From the NCBI GenBank assembly GCA_032718475.1, contig JAUCBJ010006450.1:1-64000 (forward strand): a DNA stretch of 64,000 nucleotides, given 5' to 3'. Under the pieces are notes generated by a model that saw only the letters and a program-made list of their open reading frames with translations, made no database searches and was not told where the DNA came from. The stretch comes from Nemertoderma westbladi. Lineage: Eukaryota > Animalia > Xenacoelomorpha. Every line of letters begins with the position of its first letter. Positions within the stretch are counted from its first letter, which is position 1. Shown here piece after piece: positions 12,943-22,636 of this stretch. A program made the translations under genes and the position numbers.

Positions 12943-14150
12943 CCCTATTACCACTGGGGGGGGGGGGGGGGGGGGGGGGGGGGGGCGAATCGGCCCCTTC
13001 CTAGTTTATAGTTGCTGTAACTATGCAACCACATTACGTACAGGCCCAATTTTTATTGAGAATTAGCCAAATTTAATGCCGCATCTTTTGCAAAAAACGA
13101 CGTTGCAATTGGATTTCTACTTTTCGATGTGGGTGCCACCTCAAAATTTGGTCTCCAGCACCAAATTTTTTGAAATTTTCGAATTTTACAAATTCATTCG
13201 TGATTTAGTAATTATTTATGTTTGGGCTATTTTTATTTATTTTTATTGGTTTGGATCACTCTAATGCTCTATATAACTATATAAGTGTAGGGTACGTCAT
13301 TTTTGGAGCACCAAAATTAGGGCGTGGCACTTTAAAATTTCAAAATTACTTTATTCGGAAAATTTACTAAAGTTTTGATTTCGAAGCATTTTTATTGGTT
13401 TTCTGGAGCGCTGAATTGATTGAAAGTAATATAGAAGCCTGAAGACGTAGTGGTTCGCCATTTTTGGTGCCCCAAAATTAGGGCGTGGCACTTCAAATTT
13501 TGAAAAATACGAGATTCGGAAAATACACTAAAGTTTTGATTTCAAATTATTTTTATAGGTTTTCTGTAGCGCTGAATCGATTGAAAGTAATATAGATGCC
13601 TCAAATCCTTGGTATACGTAATAATTAGGGCGTGGCACTTCAAATTTTCAAAATTACTTTATTCGGAAAAAACACTAAAGTTTTGATTACAAAAAATGGC
13701 TAACCTCTAAGTCTTCAGGCTTCTATATTACTTTCAATCGATTCAGCGGTCTAGAAAACCTATATAAATGCGTTAAAATTTCAATTTTGGTTTATTTTCC
13801 GAATCTCGTATTTTTCAAAATTTCAAGTGCCACGCCCTAATTTTGGTGCACCAAAAATGGCGAACCACTAAGTCTTCAGGCTTCTATATTACTTTCAATC
13901 GATTCAGCGGCCCAGAAAACCTATAAAGATGCGTTGAAATAAAAAAATTAGGGGCATTTTCTGAACATCTAATTTTTCAAAATTTTAAGTGCCACGCCCA
14001 CTTCTTAGGTGCACGAAAAATAGCATCCACTTCAATTTTTGGAAATGGAATATAATCACATTCGATTCAGCGTCTTGAAAAACCTACTAAATCTAGCCAA
14101 CACTGCCACACTATTAGTTTTTAGAAAACGAAAAATTTTGTAATTTTGTC
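12943..14150. mobile_element. piggyBac-like non-autonomous element, right end lost
   Basis: Begins TTAA|CCCT followed by a poly-G run; internal ~150 bp repeats (TTAGGGCGTGGCACTT) in direct and inverted orientation; no matching AGGG|TTAA end found. Confidence 0.55.
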
Positions 14151-14262
14151 CTCGAGCCACAGTGGAAAGTGTATTTTTATACGGGGGTGAGACATGGACA
14201 CTGACTAAATCACTTGAACAACGAATTGATGGTTGCTACACAAGACTACTAACTGACTAGGG

Positions 14263-17200
14263 TGATAAACAACCGCGACCTCTATACTAACAGCAGAACT
14301 GTTGAACAGACCAATACCCGTTAATATCCTTCTGCCAACCTAATAAGCTCTCGCCTATCCAATAAGACACAAAGACTGCTCTACTGTTAAGTAAAGGGGA
14401 TCAGGAGCGTGCTATTACTAAATTGTAAGGGTTGCTAAATACAAAACCGCTACTTACCGTTGGATGGCGCTAATCTGCCGTCTGCTAATATATTTTACTA
14501 AATTTACACAACTCCTGCAAAATCGCTTGTTCCTTTCTCTACCGATTGCTCAATAGAGAGCTAACTGTTCGAATTTATGAGCCACGCAGGAATAACCAAA
14601 ACAATAAACCCGAGTCGGCTCCCTAAGCTTACTTAAGACGAGTGCGAGAGGCCTTGCACTCAGAGTATTCTTACGCCTAATTCTATCACTATTAAAGCAC
14701 GCTATTACCTACGTCTTTCTAATCGCGAATACTGGAGGTTCCCTAACATAATGTGTGAATGCGAGAATATTTAAAATAATCAAAATGATACAGTAACTGT
14801 TTCTACGTGGATAGTACCACTCCGAGTCTAAAACTGCCCGCGGCTGGCTTTAGGCCAGCAAAACTACTAGCGTATCGTGCGTACCGAATAGTGCGTTCTA
14901 GCTGATTGCCCGCTAATGCAAATAACCGCTCAGCGTGAATAGTTTACAGTACACTAATTATTACCTTAGCTACTCTCCGCTATGCTGCGTACTAATTCTT
15001 AATTTTTACTAATTAATTACAGTCACAAATATTTAACAGCGTACTAATTACTAAGAGTTCCAGAATACGTAATTCTAATTTATCACGCAACAGGTTTCGC
15101 TAGTAATAGCCTAAATTGCCGTATTACTTTGACCTAATCAGTAACTAATTATTGTAACTAAGAAATAGAAATCAATCAAAGGGAAAAGAGCGCCTATCTA
15201 AGCATTCGTAATCTTAGGCACACTTCAATAACACACCAATCAGCGTTAGAAATCACAGTTTACAATTGTGCAATTCACTACTCGTACTCCACACTCAACG
15301 TTATAATACGCGCAGGCCTCTCCCGGATACATCTAGGATTCCTAACTAACCCAATTCCTGCCCCCCTAATACTAAATAGAGACAAAACCTGCATCATCAG
15401 CCCCCTAGATACTGTACCAGCGATTGGTCTGCGTGCCGCAGTGCAAGATACCCGCCCGCAACGGTGACCCTGGCCAGCGTAGCCCGCTTTGAATCCTCCG
15501 CTCTCTCCTAGTCGCTCAACCCCCCGATGCGCCCACCGCCCACTGGCACCTTAGCCCTCCATGATGCTAATAGCTACCGTAGCGGCGCATGCAAATCACA
15601 AAGTCTGACAGTCTCAGAAATCCCTTAGGATTATTGCGCAGAAAGGAATCACATAGAACCATTAATCAAAAGGTAGAAATCATAGTTCAGTTGTAATTAG
15701 CAGTAATCGAAGGAATTATTGAGAAACACAAGCAAAGTAATCGCACTAGCAAATCATTCCAAGAAATTAATCCAAATTAGCAAATTGCAGAAAATACGAT
15801 ATCCTAATACAAAATTAGAGACAGCTCAGCAAGTAAATTGTAACAGGGGTGTGTCATGTGATGAGTAAGGGTATACAACATTAACACGTTCGTGGGGCCT
15901 TCGCGCAGCACGAGGCCCAGTTATGAGATACAAATTAATATCGAGCGACTGTATCACAAAATCAGTATTTAACTTTATAAATTAGTAAAATTTAGAAATT
16001 TAACCACACCGCCAATCAATCAAAAAAAGAGGGACAGTACGTGTTCAGCCCTTTAAATCTGCACCCCCACCCCACCCCACCACCCCCCCCCCCCCCCACC
16101 CTTCCCACCCACCAATACATAACCGCGACATCTACCACCCACGGAAGGTAGCACGAACTTATTTCCAATCGCACGTTCAATATGCGAAGCCAGGTCGTTT
16201 ATAGGAATATAATCTACGCAGTACTAAATACAGTCGATGCAGTAATGAATGATATTCAAATAATTTATTTAATATACTGTTAATGCCTCTGAAAACTTAG
16301 ACAATTAAAATACACAGAAATCCCATCAAAAAATAATAAGCATAATATTTTGAGAAATAAACAATTTTGGATATAAGCCTTCTGCGCACTGGTAATCTTA
16401 TTGACTGACAATCATTAAATGAGATCTGTCTATTACCTGAGACTAAAGAACACAGACTCTATAGTGTAATAGGAGGTAGGGAATGCAGGTTTCAATCTCG
16501 TTAGGTCTAGCTGGCAGCCGTGTGGCTAGTTACATACAACCCCCCTCCACTGGCATTCCCAGCAACTGGCTCCCTTACACACACATCCCCCATCTATGTA
16601 CCAGCCAACTTGCAAGTTGGCCAATAAATGATCAGTATTTAATAGAATCAATTTTTTATGCCATTTTAATTACTTTAGATCAATTAAAGACACAATTATT
16701 AAAGCAAATCACTTGAACTAATTAAAAACTATAATAGAATGGCGTATGTGGATTACATCTGTATAATTTTTAATTATAATTATTTAAATCTTATACTGTA
16801 AAACAATTAATTTCCTTTAAAAGGCAGGTTGAAAATGGTGTTTTCACCGTAATCAACTTAATTAACTAATTAACTGCTATTATCTTAGCTTCTCGAAGGC
16901 CACACGGAAATTCTACTTGGAAAATTTCTAAACTTTTGCCAAACAACATGTGTACCAAGTTTGGATAGATTTCATCAAAGATTGGCCGAGTTATTAACGT
17001 TTAAAATTGAACACGACAGAACGACAGAACGACAGAACGACAGGTTGATTAATGGTACCACTACGCTAAGGCTCACTCACTTCGTGGCTCGCCCCACAGC
17101 ATGAACATTAAGGTTCTACCGGCACACCGCCAATTTATAGGTGATCCGGATGGGGTGATGCAATAAGGTGACTCAATCGCTCTCCCATTGGCTCTCCAGT

Positions 17201-17675
17201 CCGTGCTAGCATTAAACCAACCTGGAAGCAGTTAGTCCAATAAGGAGGCCGGATTGTAGCCCTATCGTTTGCCCAAACCTCAAATTATTACCTTATATGG
17301 TAATGGTTCACGTCCCTGGCCGCTGAATGGCCAGGACAGCGTCCCTATATGATAGCCCTACTGATGCTAATATCAGCAAGCACAAAATCCAGGGTCCGAA
17401 TAAACTTGCTACCCTGGGACTATCTACATATATCCTAATACAAAATTACGTAGGTAGGGCTACATACTATACAAAATGGATGGATGCAAAATATATGGGC
17501 GTTTTAACTTCCTTACCTAAATGTCACCGCACTGTGCCTTATCTAAATAATTATACTGCACAACGGACTAATATTACGTACAGTATAACGGACTAATATT
17601 GCATACTGAAAACGGACTAATACTGCATACAGTATAACGACTAATAATGTGGATACAGCGCCATATACCGTAACA
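14263..17675 (-). repeat. 3' LTR (2201 bp net, with a 1212-bp insertion at 15887-17098)
   Basis: Matches 32405-34526 plus 39152-39227 with only a few substitutions and short indels; ends TGATAAAC...CCGTAACA on the + strand. Confidence 0.95.
15887..17098. mobile_element. Non-autonomous element (Helentron/DINE-like or Crypton-like) inserted in the 3' LTR
   Basis: Absent from the other LTR (empty site ATTAACAGCATG); ACA repeated at both junctions; ends GTGGGGCCTTCGCGCAGCACG ... CTTCGTGGCTCGCCCC; (GACAGAAC)n microsatellite near the 3' end. Confidence 0.8.
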
Positions 17676-18164
17676 CCGCTCCAAGGGAAATCATATAATG
17701 TTTCCCTCCAATTGTAGAAGAGTATAAGGTGATGTATACAAAACAAAATAAATTTCTTCCAACCAATCTAAATAACATAATAATTCTACTATTTACAAAT
17801 ATTGCCATAGATATTGCATAATGAATTGCATACAAATTAAATTTACAAAATATTATCTCTCTCATTGTTTAACGATTATTACATACAAATTAAATTTACA
17901 AAATATTGCTTCTCGTTCATTCTTACTACATAATGATTACTACATACAAAATCAAATATAAAAATTTTGCTAGGGCAAGTGAAAGGAGTAAGCCAAACCC
18001 GCAGGTTTGTCTCCCCAATCACTTCCTTCGCCTCTTTCATAATATAAATTCAAATAACTCAACTAGTGTATACGAGTCTAGTCGAAAATTTTCAAATGCT
18101 ACAATATACATCAGAGCGAAGATGATGTATATATCTAGAGTCTGTCGCCCTGTGCTATAATGTA

Positions 18165-19310
18165 TTATCGACCCGCTCCTGGGTTCTTTGGGCTCGCTCC
18201 TCTCTTCCGCCCCCTTCCCAGATACACTAATCTACCTCCAGTCGACTCCGTTGACGGCGTCCGTGAGGCGTCACTCCCCGGAACCGGCGACGACGTTCCC
18301 TGAGCCCCGACAGATTCTCGGCTGGTACTTCTCCCTCGGCCTCGTCCCAATTGTCGCGCTCCCGTGGTCGCTTCCGCCAACTCTTCCTTCTGCAGTTGCA
18401 CACGCGCTTTCTCCGACGCCCCCTGCGCCTTGCGCTGCAACCGTTGAGCTTCTATAATTGAGTGGTAGTGGTCGTCCTTGACTTGACGCTTGTCTTGGAC
18501 CTCTCCTCCTGGTTCTTTCCGCGAGCCTTGAGCTCCAGCGGTCGTCGCTGTGGTCGCTGCGATCCTTTGTTCCTGTATCCTCTCGGCGGTCAATGAACCC
18601 ACTGGCACATGAGTCAACAAGAATTCGTTGCGGTATTGTATAGCCGCCATCCTCCAATCACCTCGCGCGCGTACCACTTTTCTAGTCTCCGTAAATACAC
18701 CCTTCGTAATGCGATCGCAAATAGCAACGAAGTTCCATGTGTACTTATTGTCCATGTTCAATTGTCTGAAGTACTCTCGAACTACGATAACTCCAGTGTT
18801 TTGTGGAAGGTCTTGAGCAGTTAGGATGAGCTCCTGATATTGTGGTAGCGATTGTAGATATGGCTTGTACGCAACATGCGATGGGTCTACCGCCCAAAAC
18901 CCATATCCCGCTTTAAATGGTAACCAACGCATCTGCGCTTGAATATGGTAATCGGCCACACCCTCCCACTTATCTAACATCTCCCGAAGTAGGTTAGCGC
19001 TATGGTTTTGAAAGGAATCATCTCGCAGCTGACATCTCGCGCTACGATGTCCCTTTACCCCACAATATCCACATTGAGAAATGAAGACGGTGCACGTGTG
19101 AAACGAATGGTCGGTCTCATTACACCAACGACAGACTTTATGTGCCGCCTCCACTACCGCGTCGCACGACTTTAGATTGTGCCTTGTGCTGCCGCACAAC
19201 TTGCACCTACGCGCTTGTGGAAACCAGGCCCTCTCGTATATGAGGTCTCCAATCGGTTTCGCACTTCCTTCCTTCCCAATGTCTAATACGATGTCGTCCT
19301 CTCCAGTCAA
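18165..19310 (-). CDS. Extra ORF, C-terminal part: three CCHC zinc knuckles plus RGRG-rich tail
   Basis: CKLCGSTRHNLKSC, CRWCNETDHSFHTC, CGYCGVKGHRSARC; GRGRGR and GRGRKRG. No ATG before the knuckles; the frame is open from ~19455 and overlaps the upstream ORF in the -1 frame. Confidence 0.8.
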   Translation of the reverse strand: MTGEDDIVLDIGKEGSAKPIGDLIYERAWFPQARRCKLCGSTRHNLKSCDAVVEAAHKVCRWCNETDHSFHTCTVFISQCGYCGVKGHRSARCQLRDDSFQNHSANLLREMLDKWEGVADYHIQAQMRWLPFKAGYGFWAVDPSHVAYKPYLQSLPQYQELILTAQDLPQNTGVIVVREYFRQLNMDNKYTWNFVAICDRITKGVFTETRKVVRARGDWRMAAIQYRNEFLLTHVPVGSLTAERIQEQRIAATTATTAGAQGSRKEPGGEVQDKRQVKDDHYHSIIEAQRLQRKAQGASEKARVQLQKEELAEATTGARQLGRGRGRSTSRESVGAQGTSSPVPGSDASRTPSTESTGGRLVYLGRGRKRGASPKNPGAGR

Positions 19311-19363
19311 CGGTTGTCGATCCGGAACAAAGTAAACATCCTCGCCCTTGTCCTCTATATCCT

Positions 19364-21874
19364 CTATATTTCCTCCCGCGTTCGTTTCGGATATGTCTTC
19401 TCCACCGGAAGATCTACTCCGAACACCTCTACTAACGTTTCCGGCCAGCCCTCCTTAACAGGTCTATCAGCCTCCGAGTGGAAGGGAGTACCAAACCCGC
19501 GGGTTTGATTCCCGAACCACTTCTCCAAAGCTTCTGGCGTCGGATATTCCATCGACGGTCGGTCTCCCAAATCTCCGATGTTCTGTCGATATACTCCTTC
19601 GAATATCGCTAATCCTCTCCTAACCATCGACGTATTCTCTAACGATTGGTTGAAGAACGGGGTTAAGAAACGCTTCATCACGTCGGATTGGATTCCCCCT
19701 TTCGAGCGAACGTATTGATCTCCTCCGAATACCAATGGATGACGCTTCAAAACTCGCGCAACGATATCCGCTAATAAACAAGTCACCGTGTTCGTCTCAA
19801 GCACCAAATAATATTGTAGCGACGCACGGGGTGGCGCGCAAATGTTCCAATACACTAACGCTTGCCGCTTGAAGTGGGATTTGAACTCCGCTCCCGGTGG
19901 CGTGTTGTATTCGCCATACGCCTCCTCATACTTCTTTTGCGTCTTTAACTTAAAGTCCCAATTATACAACAAGTGTGCTATAAAGCCCATACCAGTCTTG
20001 GCAGAGTTGGGATACTCCCTATAAATTCCAATATCCTGTGCCCATAGCAACAATAGCTTGGTGTCGACAAACGGTCTCGGCAATCTATCTTCCAGATCAG
20101 TCATGGCGTTGAAGTCACTCTCTAAATCGCTCTGGACTCCCGATCCCACCTTGACGTAATCTTGGTTGAGAATAGCCTCTCTAACTTTCTTGGGTAGCAT
20201 CCTGGCGTCGATACGCTCCGCTCCGTGCATACCTCCTCGCCTGCATACCTCCAAAATCTGTTCCCTAGGATCCTTCCCTTTCCGATATTGTGTCGTTATG
20301 ATGGGCTCCGGTCTCTCTCGATCCGCCCTCACACGCATAAACACATGAGTCACACCATCGGCCGCACGAATTTGAATACACTTGCTGGTCAAACATTCCT
20401 GATGGGACCCTCCTTCATTGTCGTAGAACATCACCCTCCAATCTTGCAGTGATTCCTCCGTCTTCCTCCACTGACGCTGAATCTCGTCTGATGGGGTCCA
20501 CATGCGCTCGATCACCTTGTGGTCATCATATCGGGTATAAGAACCCTTCCTCCTCAGCCACGTCTGGTCTACCTCCTCGTCATCTGGGAATGTAGCCACC
20601 GCGACCCATACCTTGATGTACTTATCCAACCATCCGAATAACTTACTCTCCTTCCCCGGAGCTCCAATCTTATCCAACGTGTCATAATCTGTGATCTGCA
20701 TTGGGACATCACGCAAGAACTTCGCGCATAAAACTTCCCGTAGACAGTCAACGTTCCAATGGTCCGCCATTCTTACCATCGGCAAGAATCGTATCGCTTC
20801 TCGCGACTCCGGATGATCTACTAATATCGCAGGTTCGGTGCCGTCGGAATAATACACCGGTCCGGGTTGAGATACGACCTGTGGAACAAATCCGGTCACT
20901 CTCCTCGTCTCCTCTTGATGTCTATCCGCGGTCTTATTATACTCCGCTATCCTGTTCTCAAATAACTCTTTCGCCTTCGCCGCTCGCTCCTCCTGCCGCA
21001 ACGCGTCTATGTCGTCCTGATGCTCAGGCGTGAGGCTTCTCACTCGGTGAGGTGAAGTAAACGTAGTCCAGGGACTCGAGAGCTCCAAACCCGCGGGTTT
21101 GGTACCCGAGTCCCGCGCCGCTTCGCGCCGCGCCTCTAGATCCTTGTAGGCTCGGTACAGCGAAATGGCCGCTGCCGTCTCTATCAAACTGGGTGTCGAA
21201 CAGGGTTTAATCTCCGTATACGGATCTAATGTCGTAACGGTCGGCGTAATAGGTCTCGGAGGTCGCTTTCCGCTGAAGTCGATACTGATCATCGGGTTGC
21301 TCATCGGGTAACCTCCCTCGTTATATCTAAGGAATTGGTGAGCTGGACATCGCGTTAATATCGGTTCCGGATGTTGCTCGTCTAATCGGTCGGGAATCGC
21401 CACGTCCTGTTTATTCATGCATTCACCACACTTGTAGAAGAGCTTGTACACGCTGAAGACTTTCGGCGTCTCCTGATCCTCACCTCGAGTCCTCCGGTAC
21501 AGATGCATTCCGTCGAACTGGTCTCGGACTGCAGGTAGAGGCTCCTCATGTCGTAAATACATATTCATATGGTATAGTCGTGCGATTTCCTCGTCCGGAT
21601 CTGCGCTAATGTCGCACACGTCCAAAGCGAAGTCGTAGGGATACCGCGTGCGATACTCTCTCCGCAAGACTTCCATCCGGTCCCCCAACGCTCTCATTCT
21701 TTCTCTCCGTAATTCTTTATCATAACTTGGTTTGTACTTTCCATTTAGCTCCATCACGGACCGCCCATGGTAGTAAACGTTCGAATCTTTACATCCCGGT
21801 CGCGCGAACGGTAGCTCCGCCTCCTCTCTGGCAGTAAATCCTCTGCGCGGTTGCGCTCTAATATCCCTCTCCAT
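19364..21874 (-). CDS. Extra ORF, N-terminal part: DnaQ-like DEDDy 3'-5' exonuclease (WRN/EXD/Mut-7-like) with an N-terminal CxxC..CxxH motif
   Basis: 836-aa open frame. VMFYDNEG (ExoI), CIQI, LPKKVREAILNQDYVKVGSGVQSD (ExoII), FVDT, TGMGFIAHLL and W...YYLVLE (ExoIII-like) occur in the order of the WRN exonuclease motifs. Confidence 0.72.
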   Translation of the reverse strand: MERDIRAQPRRGFTAREEAELPFARPGCKDSNVYYHGRSVMELNGKYKPSYDKELRRERMRALGDRMEVLRREYRTRYPYDFALDVCDISADPDEEIARLYHMNMYLRHEEPLPAVRDQFDGMHLYRRTRGEDQETPKVFSVYKLFYKCGECMNKQDVAIPDRLDEQHPEPILTRCPAHQFLRYNEGGYPMSNPMISIDFSGKRPPRPITPTVTTLDPYTEIKPCSTPSLIETAAAISLYRAYKDLEARREAARDSGTKPAGLELSSPWTTFTSPHRVRSLTPEHQDDIDALRQEERAAKAKELFENRIAEYNKTADRHQEETRRVTGFVPQVVSQPGPVYYSDGTEPAILVDHPESREAIRFLPMVRMADHWNVDCLREVLCAKFLRDVPMQITDYDTLDKIGAPGKESKLFGWLDKYIKVWVAVATFPDDEEVDQTWLRRKGSYTRYDDHKVIERMWTPSDEIQRQWRKTEESLQDWRVMFYDNEGGSHQECLTSKCIQIRAADGVTHVFMRVRADRERPEPIITTQYRKGKDPREQILEVCRRGGMHGAERIDARMLPKKVREAILNQDYVKVGSGVQSDLESDFNAMTDLEDRLPRPFVDTKLLLLWAQDIGIYREYPNSAKTGMGFIAHLLYNWDFKLKTQKKYEEAYGEYNTPPGAEFKSHFKRQALVYWNICAPPRASLQYYLVLETNTVTCLLADIVARVLKRHPLVFGGDQYVRSKGGIQSDVMKRFLTPFFNQSLENTSMVRRGLAIFEGVYRQNIGDLGDRPSMEYPTPEALEKWFGNQTRGFGTPFHSEADRPVKEGWPETLVEVFGVDLPVEKTYPKRTREEI

Positions 21875-22636
21875 TATGTTACGCGTATATACATATATAT
21901 ATATATCCCAATAAGTGCCGTTACGTAACCAATTACACTGTGGGTAAATCAGTTAGATGTCGCCGAAGGACAGACCTCCCGAACCCCCCGCCGCCTTCCA
22001 GCAGTTCAGGTTCGACTCTCTAGATCCCGTCTCTTCCTAACTAACTATCCTCTAACCTATTCCCATGCATAGCGCAAAAACTTTGGAGATAAACTGGCCG
22101 TGACCAACTCACTTTTTGATGCCCAAACTACTCCCATTACTCGTACTAAACTACAGTAGTTAGAAAGGACCATAGCCACAATACTCGACTATACCAAACC
22201 CACAGGTTTGATAATCGAACATCACACATCCTGCAAACTACTGAGTGGGGTCCATGTACGCCTCTGGTGCTACTAACCTTTAGCACCTTAGTTGCACTGT
22301 TGGCACCAATCTGTGGAAGTTGCTAAACTCAATTTACACTCCTACATAATATAGCCATCACCATGGTTTCTAAATGCTATTTTCCAGGCTTCACGACTTT
22401 TCAAATTACTGTTTATCTATAGACGAATTCTAAAACGCGTCTATACACAACGTCTGGAATTGTCTTGGGTTCACTTCTAATTTTAAAATTTTCTAATTTT
22501 CCAAAAATTTTTGAAAATAAAATTTTGTTTTGATACCCACTAGACAAAACTCAACGCAAATCACCACAACCCCGCTCCTATGCATCTCCTTGTATTTGCA
22601 TACGAGGAATGCATACGAAGTGAGTTGCGTCCAACA

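Noticed and set aside
17327-17596. 89-aa ORF repeated at 34253-34522
   Set aside because: It is repeated only because it lies in the LTR; antisense to the element, with no recognisable motif.
18165-21874. Extra ORFs as an env gene
   Set aside because: No obvious signal peptide or transmembrane anchor; the motifs indicate a nuclease and nucleic-acid binding.
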